Source of the DNA: a virus
DNA length: 64,000 nucleotides
Reading direction: 5' to 3' (one strand)
Virus record (IMG/VR): IMGVR_UViG_3300025151_000017
Coordinates: 32,001-96,000 of that record
The translations under genes were made by a program, and so were the position numbers. Shown piece after piece: positions 39,001-47,871 of this stretch. Every line of letters begins with the position of its first letter. Positions within the stretch are counted from its first letter, which is position 1. The notes under the pieces were generated by a model. It saw nothing but the letters and a program-made list of their open reading frames with translations. It had not been told where the DNA came from and did no database searches.

Positions 39001-39923
39001 AAAATGTAATGTATGCTACAGCCACTAAGATGGCTATGAAAGAAGATGTAGAACAATCTCCAGGAGATCCGATGGTAAAGATAAACATCGAGAAACCTGT
39101 AGAAACTGAAGATAAACCCAAAGCTGATAAAATTAAAAAAAAATCTGGGACACCAAAGTCTGACGACCCATATGATTTAGAAGTATTCGTAGCAGATCCA
39201 AAATATGATGCGATGCTGGACGACCTAAGTGCTGATGAAATCGATAGTGTCGTCAATATGTTTGACCCAGAACAAGATCCGATAAATGGTAAGCTAGACA
39301 TCTTTGACTTATATGATGATGACGAACTAGCAATAGAAGTTGAAGATGAAGATGGCGAAGTTTCTATGGAAGCATTCGAGTATCTTGAGGATGATGTAGA
39401 ACAACAGCTGAACGAAGTATTATCTAGAACTGAAAGAATTAAAAACCGAGTAAGAGTTAGAAGGACAAAAGCAAGGAGAGCAAGAAGTTTACGAATCGCT
39501 CTTAGACGACACTCTTCTCAGAAGATAATAAATAGTAGAGCAAGAAGATTAGCAGTAAAACTGCTGAAAAGAAGATTCTTTAAAAAGCCACCAACTCAAT
39601 TATCTGTGGGTGAGCGAGAAAGAGCTGAAGCAAGAATTGCTAAGATGCGTCATGTGGTAAAAAGGATTGCTCTAAAACTAGCACCTCGTGTTAGACAGAT
39701 GGAGAAGAAAAGACTACATAGTAGGAAAAGCACTAAGTCTGGAGCACTAGGTAGAAAACTTAAAGGTCATTTTAGATCGGCACTGGCTGGTGGTAGAATT
39801 AGAACTGCTAGAAAACAAACAGGTCGTAAATATAAAGGCAACACTGTTGGACAAAGGTCTAGACCAGGAAAAGGATATGGTGGTGCCACAGGTAAAAGAT
39901 ATGGGGGAGTAAAAAGACGATGA
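36054..39923 (+). CDS. cytidylyltransferase-like (HxGH-type) domain fused to a long modular extension
   Basis: FGRFNPPTTGH, KNPL, GSDR, MSATKMR; then short charged modules separated by xxEE linkers. Confidence 0.75.
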   Translation: MKDFKTLLNEVPSKKMVIGFGRFNPPTTGHELLINKVTQYARSKGSPAKIYVTATEDKKKNPLKQERKIYYMKRMFGQNTPLVPTKSPNQRTIIEVAKYLNEKEKITELTLIAGSDRINEYKRLLNQYNGKDYNFDKITVLSSGRRDPDSDMAEGMSATKMRTAASSGKFNDFKRGIPRRMTVADSKRLFNEVRKGMGLPPIREEVILPTSQLREDYVAKKIFNIGAVVEDDKGVYEVMDRGANYISVSDEDGNVSKKWLHEVRQISEKNTVNDYHYNDEIVYKGYTTEHFRNYYEIKDKFLDLFESDKDPVAILTCLKLVDQTLKILSEAESRGYALIEEAGADSIIKMKLADSLNSIGELGNHDYLDKINADLADLLAREPNMKKDLEEQKNLKIDPQNKFRFTSADRIKVARIIAGSLGIDNPEKMSNPTQLINFGLRKLRTKRVTPEFAEIVKKMLQTANTAGIDYDRQYLPAIMRTGKFKVEQKSFKDFVNEVSGSGVDPIVVQLRKNINLKGNYTFEFTDGSKGKMSPGASEGILKKYEGLRTPKQKLNVSRGMGKSMKSLKDTLSNFDAIANKEDPRDKKSGREEPTRGLVNPMDKKPIKKEEVQEAKKEKKKDPEKDYKPHMMYDPKTGKGVMAKKYADHEKLKKLGYDHDDPSTKQIEEDPLTLTKDRIKKEKEADKIKHDKMMDRARTQSALKKNRETKPMKKEESEGKKGIMGVGSDVTRKVRQGLRAELMMRMAMTKKKMAKTKKGTKEFDELYAEYKKCKDKMRNLPGKEGVNEEKKKGTHKYYKGVSNKDKKARRDEFERDAKKDDSDPTKYDPAAGDLDKKGDFKKTKKSKHTLKYHKKYGDPAKEKTNEEKKPSVDEVDPSTNFNIAKSIMSYKDYKKMLKLAGGIVKRNEKGEVESKATRDEKIMKQVVDEQKKNCGCGKDPCETYGNLPEDKEMTDAQMKKREDIVKGMKDKTADFKKRYGKDYKNVMYATATKMAMKEDVEQSPGDPMVKINIEKPVETEDKPKADKIKKKSGTPKSDDPYDLEVFVADPKYDAMLDDLSADEIDSVVNMFDPEQDPINGKLDIFDLYDDDELAIEVEDEDGEVSMEAFEYLEDDVEQQLNEVLSRTERIKNRVRVRRTKARRARSLRIALRRHSSQKIINSRARRLAVKLLKRRFFKKPPTQLSVGERERAEARIAKMRHVVKRIALKLAPRVRQMEKKRLHSRKSTKSGALGRKLKGHFRSALAGGRIRTARKQTGRKYKGNTVGQRSRPGKGYGGATGKRYGGVKRR

Positions 39924-40267
39924 AATCATTTAGAGAACATAGGGAAGATGCGATAGATTGTGCTTGTGATAAACTAGAACTTCCTACACTTGAGGAAGCT
40001 AAGTATCAAGGCAAGACTGTCACACTTAACGACCCTATTCGTACTTCTGAAAATCCTAACAAAAAATTTAAAGTATATGTAAAAGGTCCAAAAGGTAATG
40101 TCGTTGTGGTTCGCTTTGGAGATCCGAACCTAAGTATTAAAAGAGACGACCCTAAAAGGAGAAAAAGTTTCAGAGCAAGACATGGGTGCGATAATCCAGG
40201 TCCGAAATGGAAAGCGAAATATTGGTCATGCTATCAATGGAGAGCAGGCTCAAAAGTAGACAACTAA
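39920..40267 (+). CDS. basic conserved protein with capsid-targeting-like N-terminus
   Basis: MKSFREH; VRFGDP..RRKSFRARHGC..KYWSC. Confidence 0.65.
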   Translation: MKSFREHREDAIDCACDKLELPTLEEAKYQGKTVTLNDPIRTSENPNKKFKVYVKGPKGNVVVVRFGDPNLSIKRDDPKRRKSFRARHGCDNPGPKWKAKYWSCYQWRAGSKVDN

Positions 40268-40291
40268 AATCATTAATTAAGTGGAGATAAT

Positions 40292-41272
40292 ATGAGTAGT
40301 GGTAATAATGGTCCAGTGGACATTCCCCAAACTGATGAAGAATGGGATAAATTAATCGCTGAAGGACAGCGAAATGCAGAAGAGTTAGAACAGCAAATGG
40401 GTCAAGACCCATATGTTTCTGGCTTGACAAAACCTACAGAACCAAATCCTAGTGTAAACCCATACAGCTCAGATCCTAATGCACCTTTACCAGAAGGTGT
40501 AAAGAAAAAAGTTATGGGTATGATGATTCCTACAAGGGAGAAACAGCTTGAGGATTATGAGAAGTATAAGGAAGCAACTGCTAAAACTACTGACCAAGAA
40601 AAAGTAAGTTGGGCGATTGAACAAATCAATGCAAGTAGTTTTGAAAGCGACCTAGATGGTGCTCAAGAATGGCTAAAAGAAAACAAGCAGGAAATGGATG
40701 AGACAAAAAGACTTACCATTACTGAAGGACAAGCTGTTCAGGTACACTTTGTTAAACAAATATCTGAAGAAGAGTTTGAGAAAAAAATTATTGAAGGACT
40801 TGCTGAGATTAAACAGCTAGAAGTATCTGAGATTATGGAAGCTGGTGGTATGGATGCCCACCTCGTAAGAGATCTAGATATTGACTCACTTGATGCAATC
40901 GAACTGATTATGGATGCTGAGGATATGCTTGGTGCCCAGATCGAAAATACTGAGATTATGTGGGTCAAAACTCTTAGAGATATCTTCGAAGTAATTAAGT
41001 ATAAAATCGAGAATGATAATATGCCTTATCCTATCCCTGATTTTGACGAAGAAGATATTATCTTTAGACCACAAACTAATAATGTTGATGGTGTAGAGGT
41101 ACATCAAGGCAACTCTGCTTATAAACAATTTATGGCAGGTGCTGGGGAAAGGAAAGAAATCGAAGGAGATATCGATGCTTTCCTTGAAGAAGAGGAAGAA
41201 AGGGAACGCAAAATGCGTGAACTTTTAGATGAAGACGACGATGACCTATCTGTAGGGCATAATAAGTCTTAA
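40292..41272 (+). CDS. acidic protein containing an acyl carrier protein domain
   Basis: LVRDLDIDSLDAIELIMDAEDMLG..I...TLRDI. Confidence 0.7.
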   Translation: MSSGNNGPVDIPQTDEEWDKLIAEGQRNAEELEQQMGQDPYVSGLTKPTEPNPSVNPYSSDPNAPLPEGVKKKVMGMMIPTREKQLEDYEKYKEATAKTTDQEKVSWAIEQINASSFESDLDGAQEWLKENKQEMDETKRLTITEGQAVQVHFVKQISEEEFEKKIIEGLAEIKQLEVSEIMEAGGMDAHLVRDLDIDSLDAIELIMDAEDMLGAQIENTEIMWVKTLRDIFEVIKYKIENDNMPYPIPDFDEEDIIFRPQTNNVDGVEVHQGNSAYKQFMAGAGERKEIEGDIDAFLEEEEERERKMRELLDEDDDDLSVGHNKS

Positions 41273-41290
41273 ATAGAAGTTAAAAACTAA

Positions 41291-41297
41291 CTAAATA
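41291..41297 (+). promoter_or_regulatory. late promoter CTAAATA
   Basis: Intergenic, upstream of the structural-type block. Confidence 0.55.
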
Positions 41298-41327
41298 ATA
41301 GTAAATTAATCAATGAAGGAGATTAAA

Positions 41328-41588
41328 ATGACTAATGAAAATGAAGAAGTGGCTGTAGAGAATGAAACTCCAGAAGCTACTCAGGAAACTGAAGCACCTG
41401 TAGAACAAGAAGCTCAAGCTGAAGTACCAGCTGAAGCACCTGCCGAAGCACCTGCTGAAGAAGCACCAGAAGCAGAAGCAAAAGCTGAGGAAACTCCTGC
41501 AGAGGAGACTCCAGCAGAAGAGCCGAAAAGTTATACAGATAGACTAAGAGATGCTGCAGTAAATGAGTTAGACCAACTTATTAAGTAA
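41328..41588 (+). CDS. acidic E/A/P low-complexity protein
   Basis: AEAP/AEETP repeats; AAGGAG RBS. Confidence 0.65.
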   Translation: MTNENEEVAVENETPEATQETEAPVEQEAQAEVPAEAPAEAPAEEAPEAEAKAEETPAEETPAEEPKSYTDRLRDAAVNELDQLIK

Positions 41589-41599
41589 AGGGTACTACC

Positions 41600-43558
41600 A
41601 TGTCAGAAGTTTTAGGTTATCAAGAATTTATGGAAGCTATGGATGCAGTAAATCCAAAAGCTGTGAAGAAAAAATTCAAAGATAGAAAAGATAAAGATAT
41701 CGACAACGATGGCGATGTCGATGCTTCTGACAAGTATCTTCATAAAAGACGCAAAGCTGTTTCTAAAGCTGTGAAGTCTGATGAGTCTTATGGCTCAACA
41801 GGTAATTTTAGCAGACCTATGTCCTCTGCTGAAAGAGCAAAAGAAATGCAAAAAAAAGCTGACCAAATAAAAAAGAAAGCACAATCTGCAGTTAAAAAAG
41901 CCAAAGGTCTCACAATGGGTGAAGACATGGAAGAGGGTGCATTTTATGGTCGTGACGACCTAGTTAAAAAGTTTAAAACTAAAAACCCAAAAGACTTTAT
42001 AAGATTAAGTAAAACAGTCATGACTAAAGATGGCAAACCTGGAGGAACAGAAACTGTCAGCATGAAAAGGAAAGGCAACGAGGATAAGATTGCCAAGTAC
42101 AAAAAGGATGGATATAAAGAAGTACCTATGGAATCGTACGAAGTAGAGTTCCATTCTATGCTAGACGAAAACACAGGTGTAGCAAACAAAGCTAAGAAGT
42201 CTGGTATTCCTAAAGGTATATTAATGCAGGTTTATAGAAGAGGAATGGCTGCATATGGTACAGGGCATCGTCCTGGTGCGTCACAAGCACAATGGGCAAT
42301 GGCTCGTGTAAATTCTTTTATTGGTAAAGGTAAAGGAACTTGGGGTGGTGCTGATAAAGATCTCGCAGCAAAAGCAAGAGAATCTATGAAGAAAGAATCG
42401 CTTGATGAAGAAATGCCAGCATCATTTAAAGCCATGCTTATCCAAAGAGATAAAATGAAAAAATTAGGTCAGAATATTGATGCTATTAATGCTAAAATTA
42501 AAAAAGCCAGAGCAGATGCTATGAGAATGACCTTCAATAAAGAAGAAGTAGTGATATTTGAAGATGCAAAAGATGTATTAAAAAGAATGCGTCAAACAAG
42601 AGACAACTTGAAAAGACAAGGAAACTCTGCTGGACTTGCTGCAATCGAGTTAAGAATTAAAAAGTTTAAAGACTCTATGAGTAAAGAATCAATTGATGAG
42701 AAGGGTCCTGGACTGTATGCAAATATAAATGCTAAAAGAAAACGAGGAGAAAAAATGCGTAAAAAAGGAGAGAAGGGTGCACCTTCAGCACAAGATTTCG
42801 AAAATGCCAAAAAGACTGCTCGTGAAGAAAGAGAACTATGTCACTCTAAAGACCACGACTGTGCTACTGTCGTAGAACACATCGTATGGGGATTCGGAAA
42901 GCCAGTATATGAAAGTCACGCAATACCAACTGACGATGGCTATGTATCATGGTATGATGTAGAATTCGAACATGGTATTGAAAGAGAAGTACCAACAGAA
43001 GATTTAAAAATTTATACTACTGAAGCACATGATATGAAAACTTTAAACAAAGGTAAAAAGAAACCTAAGTCTAAAGATAAAGCTGAGCCAGTAAAAGAAG
43101 AAGATAAAGAACCAGCATATGTAAGAAATAAAAATCATTACAAAGATAGTGCAAGAGTTAAATCTAATCTTGCTAAAGCTAAAGATAAAATGGCTCAATT
43201 TGGACGAGGAAGTAAGTATTCAGACTCTGAAATATCAAGAGCAGTAGATATTGCTAAGAAAATGGCAGGTGGTAATTACACAGGTGCTTACAAAAAAATC
43301 GAAGGAATTAAAAAAGGATTAGCACAACAAGGTAAAGTAAAATATGCCTTGAAGAAAGCTGCAGAAAGTTTTGAGACCTGGAAAGGTCTATCTATATCAG
43401 AAGTAAATGATGTCCTAGTTGACATGGTTTCTTCTGCCCAAGACTACATTAAGCTGGTGGAAGATGGAGACTTAAAGTCCGTCGACGAGCCAGAAGTTGA
43501 GATAGCCAAAGGGATGCCCTTATCATTTAAACAATTTCAATCTAAAATAGGAGACTAA
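41600..43558 (+). CDS. modular K/E-rich protein, probable internal head protein
   Basis: LGYQEFME N-terminus; DIDNDGDVD, VYRRG..WAMARVNSF, GLYANINAKRKR, HDCAT modules. Confidence 0.6.
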   Translation: MSEVLGYQEFMEAMDAVNPKAVKKKFKDRKDKDIDNDGDVDASDKYLHKRRKAVSKAVKSDESYGSTGNFSRPMSSAERAKEMQKKADQIKKKAQSAVKKAKGLTMGEDMEEGAFYGRDDLVKKFKTKNPKDFIRLSKTVMTKDGKPGGTETVSMKRKGNEDKIAKYKKDGYKEVPMESYEVEFHSMLDENTGVANKAKKSGIPKGILMQVYRRGMAAYGTGHRPGASQAQWAMARVNSFIGKGKGTWGGADKDLAAKARESMKKESLDEEMPASFKAMLIQRDKMKKLGQNIDAINAKIKKARADAMRMTFNKEEVVIFEDAKDVLKRMRQTRDNLKRQGNSAGLAAIELRIKKFKDSMSKESIDEKGPGLYANINAKRKRGEKMRKKGEKGAPSAQDFENAKKTAREERELCHSKDHDCATVVEHIVWGFGKPVYESHAIPTDDGYVSWYDVEFEHGIEREVPTEDLKIYTTEAHDMKTLNKGKKKPKSKDKAEPVKEEDKEPAYVRNKNHYKDSARVKSNLAKAKDKMAQFGRGSKYSDSEISRAVDIAKKMAGGNYTGAYKKIEGIKKGLAQQGKVKYALKKAAESFETWKGLSISEVNDVLVDMVSSAQDYIKLVEDGDLKSVDEPEVEIAKGMPLSFKQFQSKIGD

Positions 43559-43559
43559 T

Positions 43560-44675
43560 ATGGCAATGTGGGGAGACTCTGATTCACATGTGAATCGACC
43601 AAACTGGCTAGAAGTTGGGCAAATCAAAAAAGTTAATATAACTACTTTAGGAAGTGGATATGGTTCCGCTCCTTCAGTCACGATTGCTGCTCCAGCATCT
43701 GGTACTCAAGCTACAGGAACTGGTGTATTATCTGGTTCAACTTTAGCTTCCGTGACTATTACCGATCCTGGTGATGGATATGTAGCAGGAGATGCTGCTG
43801 GTGTGACTATTGCTGCACCAACATCTAATACTGTTGCTACTTCTGCTGTCACAGTAGGAACTGACACAGTCACAACTGGAACGCACAACTTAAATACTGG
43901 CGATCCAGTAATCTATGCTAATGGTGGTGGTACTGATATCACTGGATTAACTGGTGGTACTACTTATTATGCAATTAAAGTAGATGCTACAAACATCAAA
44001 TTAGCAACTAACATTACTAATGCCGAAGCTGGTACTGCAATCGATCTTACTGGCACAGGTAATAACTCACAAACCTTCTCTGGTGTACAAGCTGTAGGAA
44101 GTGTTGTAAAAGCTGCAAACAAATATGCTGCTGCGGACATTATGTTCGTTGACACTGACGAAGCACAACTTGCTCAAAACAAAGCAAGAGGTATCACTGG
44201 TGCTGGTTGGTGGACTCTGAAATCTGGTAGACAGGATTCAGATGGGAATACAAGATACGAAGCTGAATGTATCGTAGCTATGGCTCGTACTGCTGCTCAA
44301 GCTGGTGACGATGCTGCCGATGACGCAATGGTGTCTGATGCTGCAAACTCATTTGCTATTACAGTACAACCTGCTGCTGCAACTACATCAAGTGGAAACG
44401 CAACATTTACTTTAACAACTGGTTCAGTAGTTGGAACTATCGGAGCACTTAACTATAAGTGGCAAAGACAAACTGCTAACGGAACTCGTTGGACTGACAT
44501 CAGTGGTTCTACCGATGGTGGTATCTACTCAGACTTCGCTACTGCGACTCTAGCAGTTGCTGGTGTGACTGACACTACTCATGATGGTAAGAAGTACCGA
44601 GTCAAAGTAAACAGTGCTAATGGTGCACCAGAGCAAGTCTCTGATGGTGTAGCTACACTTACTTTCGGATCTTAA
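43560..44675 (+). CDS. virion surface protein with C-terminal Ig-like domain
   Basis: GSGY..APSVTI / PGDGY beta repeats; ITVQP, YKWQ, DGKKYRV. Confidence 0.65.
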   Translation: MAMWGDSDSHVNRPNWLEVGQIKKVNITTLGSGYGSAPSVTIAAPASGTQATGTGVLSGSTLASVTITDPGDGYVAGDAAGVTIAAPTSNTVATSAVTVGTDTVTTGTHNLNTGDPVIYANGGGTDITGLTGGTTYYAIKVDATNIKLATNITNAEAGTAIDLTGTGNNSQTFSGVQAVGSVVKAANKYAAADIMFVDTDEAQLAQNKARGITGAGWWTLKSGRQDSDGNTRYEAECIVAMARTAAQAGDDAADDAMVSDAANSFAITVQPAAATTSSGNATFTLTTGSVVGTIGALNYKWQRQTANGTRWTDISGSTDGGIYSDFATATLAVAGVTDTTHDGKKYRVKVNSANGAPEQVSDGVATLTFGS

Positions 44676-44703
44676 TAACCGAATAACATAAACCTAGAAC
44701 TGT

Positions 44704-44727
44704 GGGAGGGTTGTAACAAACCCTCCC
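44704..44727 (+). terminator. hairpin (terminator or processing signal)
   Basis: GGGAGGGTT/AACCCTCCC stem. Confidence 0.55.
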
Positions 44728-44758
44728 TATTCTGCAAATATAAAATAGGAGTAAAATT

Positions 44759-45355
44759 ATGGCAGACCAAAAAATATCAGAACTAGTCGCAGCAACCTCT
44801 GCTGCAGGTGCCGACCTTTTAAACATCGTACAAGGTGGCTCCAACAAAAAACTTACAGTCGCAAATCTATTCGCAAACTTAGACACTCCAGTTATTATTA
44901 ACGAATCTGGTGGTGACCAAGATACTCGTATCGAAGGATTAAACGACAACAATCTATTATATGTAGACGCATCTACCGACAGAGTTGGTGTAGGTGTTGC
45001 TACTCCTTCCCAAAAGCTAGATGTAAATGGTGATGTAGCTATTAGTGGTGGTTCTTTATACCTATCACAAACTGCTCAGTCATCAACTGGTACATCTACT
45101 GCTGACTTAACCAAAGCTGTGACAGAACTTACTTTATCATCTGGTTCAGATGCTGCGTCACTTGCTAATGGTACAGTGGGACAAATTAAAATTTTTGTAG
45201 TAGTTGGTGGTTCAGGATCTTGTGTCCTTACACCTACAACACTAAATGGTGGAACTACTATTACATTTAATGCAGTTGGTGACGCAGTCACTTTACTGTA
45301 TGTTGCAACTGTAGGATGGACTGTTATAGGTTCAAACTCTGTAGTTGTAGCTTAA
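44759..45355 (+). CDS. fibre-like structural protein
   Basis: MADQKISEL start; RVGVGVATPSQKLDVNG motif. Confidence 0.65.
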   Translation: MADQKISELVAATSAAGADLLNIVQGGSNKKLTVANLFANLDTPVIINESGGDQDTRIEGLNDNNLLYVDASTDRVGVGVATPSQKLDVNGDVAISGGSLYLSQTAQSSTGTSTADLTKAVTELTLSSGSDAASLANGTVGQIKIFVVVGGSGSCVLTPTTLNGGTTITFNAVGDAVTLLYVATVGWTVIGSNSVVVA

Positions 45356-45377
45356 TATATTATTTTAGGAGATAATT

Positions 45378-45587
45378 ATGGCAGATTATGATGTTAATGC
45401 GAAACTTGATGCGTATAGACAATCTATGAAAAAGAAAGAAGAGATTCTATCGCAATTACAACAAGGTGTAGTTAATACACAGGCTGAGATACATATGCTT
45501 ACTGGAGCAATACAAGCACTAGAAGATATTGTAAATACACCTGTAGAAACTAAGAAGAGTAATGATAAAAAAGCTGACAGAAAATAA
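45378..45587 (+). CDS. small coiled-coil protein
   Basis: LTGAIQALE heptads; GGAG RBS. Confidence 0.6.
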   Translation: MADYDVNAKLDAYRQSMKKKEEILSQLQQGVVNTQAEIHMLTGAIQALEDIVNTPVETKKSNDKKADRK

Positions 45588-45939
45588 TTTTCTTCAGTTC
45601 GCTCTTAATAATTATGATAACCCTTCTTGTGCTACACTAGAAGAGTTTGAGGATGATTTAAAAAAGTTTTTATATCTTAACAAATTATTGCAAAGATATA
45701 CTAAAAACAAAGATCTTAGAGAAAGGTTAATTTTAAATCATATAATTGTAATTTATAATTTATGGGGAGATGCTGCAACTGAAATGCTCTTCCATAAGGT
45801 GGACGAAGAACACTGGAGTGCACTTATTGTATTCCTGACTTATCTAGGAAGACTACCAGTCTACATTCCTGGGACAACGACTCGTTCCACAAGTTTAGAA
45901 CATGATGAAAAGATCGTGGAGATACTAAGAGAAATATGA
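45562..45939 (+). CDS. conserved T4-like hypothetical protein
   Basis: YDNP..EFEDDL..RLILNHIIVIYN. Confidence 0.7.
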   Translation: MIKKLTENNFLQFALNNYDNPSCATLEEFEDDLKKFLYLNKLLQRYTKNKDLRERLILNHIIVIYNLWGDAATEMLFHKVDEEHWSALIVFLTYLGRLPVYIPGTTTRSTSLEHDEKIVEILREI

Positions 45940-46811
45940 GTAGAACAGTAGATAACATTATTGCTTATAGAATTATTTCTATGTTAGTAAAACCTTTTAA
46001 AGATACTGATGCTTTTAAGGAAGGTATCATTGATGAGAAAGGTAAAATTTTAAAGAAGGCAACTAAGCTGACTACAACTAAAGAGAAGAATGCTTATACC
46101 TTTTTACATAGATTAGTTTTTAAATTAAAGCAATTCGTAGAAAAGGTGCCAGGAGGTAAATCTCGACTTGGCTCACTTGCTGCTGCATATTATCTTATCA
46201 GGGAAGCATATGAAGGACAAGAGTCTGTACATATACTAGAAGAAAAGTATAACGATCTCATGGCTAAAGATATCTCCTTACTCGAAGAAGAATTACTAGT
46301 AGAAGAAGTCATAGAACATCTCTACTGGAATATGTTTAATATAGAAGCAAAGTCGCCTGCACAACAGGCAGCAATCGCTATATCTATGAAGAAAGCTGGT
46401 AAGAAACCTAAAAACCAGAAGGATGAAGCAGTTGCTGCAAACTCAGTTGCAGGTGGGGGAGTGGATTTATCCCCAACAGTTAGAATGAAAAAGGGCAGAA
46501 AGTTTGCTACATTTAATGTTAGCGATGATGTTCTTAAGAAGTTTAAATCAGGGAAAAAGAAATATTCTAAATGGAAAGAGTATTTGAATATGGAAGATGA
46601 CGCAGAACAAGCCATATACAACTATGCTCGTAAAAATCCTAGAGGTGTTATCATCTTACAAAACAAAGCTGGTGACACTAAAGCAATTAGATTCAACAGA
46701 AATGGTGGAGGAAGTTGGAGACATATCAAGAGACCAGTAAGCAGGTCGGTTGGTAAAAGTACCATGCCTGGAATGGCTCAAGATATTGTAGTCTCAACTA
46801 CAACAATATAA
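45936..46811 (+). CDS. conserved T4-like hypothetical protein
   Basis: AFKEGIIDEKG..AYTFLHRLVFKLK; internal SPAQQAAIAI module. Confidence 0.65.
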   Translation: MSRTVDNIIAYRIISMLVKPFKDTDAFKEGIIDEKGKILKKATKLTTTKEKNAYTFLHRLVFKLKQFVEKVPGGKSRLGSLAAAYYLIREAYEGQESVHILEEKYNDLMAKDISLLEEELLVEEVIEHLYWNMFNIEAKSPAQQAAIAISMKKAGKKPKNQKDEAVAANSVAGGGVDLSPTVRMKKGRKFATFNVSDDVLKKFKSGKKKYSKWKEYLNMEDDAEQAIYNYARKNPRGVIILQNKAGDTKAIRFNRNGGGSWRHIKRPVSRSVGKSTMPGMAQDIVVSTTTI

Positions 46812-47428
46812 TGTTTTCATTAATTACTATACTTGGGTGGATACCCACTTCAATTTATTTTGGTATAACAGCAGTTGGTTTGATAGGACTCGTTGTAGTT
46901 TCTATTTTACCACTAGTTCCTAAAAGCTGGGGATTAGTATTTGGTTTGTTATTTGGACTAGGATCGTTCCTATTAGGTGCTGTCTGGACAAGTGGTCCAA
47001 TCATCGAAGAACTAAATAATATGAAAGAAGAAATGAAACTTATTGAAGCTGAAGCCGAGAAAGTTTCTAATGAAATAGCGACTGAGTTTGAATCAGATAG
47101 CAACAGAATAACCAGTAATGGAAATAAAATTAGTGAGAAGGTCAATGAATTACTTAATGAAAATGATGATGCTCAGTGTAGCCTGCCTGACAGTGTTAGC
47201 TTGCTCCACGACAGTGCCATTAAAAATGAAGTTCCCGACACCACCAGAAGTGTTGATGGAGGAGGGAGCCAAGATGGAGACGATAGAGGAGAGGAAAAAC
47301 TCAGACTCTCAGAATTAACAACTATAACTGTAGATAACTACACCTCTTGTAATGAAGTAAGAAGACAATTACAACAATTACAAAGATGGGTCGGAGAAAT
47401 GCAAAGAGTACACAACTATGGCGAGTGA
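46811..47428 (+). CDS. inner-membrane spanin (Rz-like)
   Basis: N-terminal TM segments, coiled coil, C.LP..V.LHDSA, NYTSC..QL..LQRW. Confidence 0.7.
   Translation: MFSLITILGWIPTSIYFGITAVGLIGLVVVSILPLVPKSWGLVFGLLFGLGSFLLGAVWTSGPIIEELNNMKEEMKLIEAEAEKVSNEIATEFESDSNRITSNGNKISEKVNELLNENDDAQCSLPDSVSLLHDSAIKNEVPDTTRSVDGGGSQDGDDRGEEKLRLSELTTITVDNYTSCNEVRRQLQQLQRWVGEMQRVHNYGE
47145..47318 (+). CDS. outer-membrane spanin lipoprotein (Rz1-like), embedded in the +1 frame
   Basis: VLAC lipobox then STTVPLKMKFPTPPEVLM. Confidence 0.65.
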   Translation: MNYLMKMMMLSVACLTVLACSTTVPLKMKFPTPPEVLMEEGAKMETIEERKNSDSQN

Positions 47429-47834
47429 AGTCGAAATAGCTAAGAACCAAGTAGAGATATCTAATCTGAAGAGCGATATTCAGAAGATTGATACCTCTAT
47501 AGAAAAGATAGGGGAAGCAACTTCTCAGATATCTAAGTTGTTAGCTGTACACGATAATCGTCTAGATGCTGGTGAACAGGCTGACGAAGAAATAAAGAAA
47601 GATATTAAAGTCCTACACCAGAGAATTACCGAAGGAGCCAAAGAAGTAGTTAGTGCTATTCATGCTACTGAGAAATCTATTAATGAAACAGCTTCTATAC
47701 AGCATGCCCAGATGAACGAAGAGATGGGTAAGATAGGCGATAGGGTAGCTGGTTTAGAGAAATATAAGTGGTATGTGATGGGCATAATTGCTACAATAGC
47801 AGGAGTTGCAGGAGTTCTTGGCTATTTCATGTAG
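47418..47834 (+). CDS. coiled-coil protein with C-terminal TM helix
   Basis: LAVHDNRL, RVAGLEKYKW plus hydrophobic tail. Confidence 0.65.
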   Translation: MASEVEIAKNQVEISNLKSDIQKIDTSIEKIGEATSQISKLLAVHDNRLDAGEQADEEIKKDIKVLHQRITEGAKEVVSAIHATEKSINETASIQHAQMNEEMGKIGDRVAGLEKYKWYVMGIIATIAGVAGVLGYFM

Positions 47835-47836
47835 AC

Positions 47837-47865
47837 TTTACTTTTAAGTTTTTTTTATATAGAAT
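47837..47865 (+). promoter_or_regulatory. class II promoter of primase
   Basis: TTTACT-17-TAGAAT. Confidence 0.75.
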
Positions 47866-47871
47866 TATATT

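Noticed and set aside
47280-47320. Programmed -1 frameshift joining the o-spanin to the Rz C-terminus (G AAA AAC)
   Set aside because: The heptamer is imperfect, and the NYTSC..QL..LQ.W tail is normal for this i-spanin type.
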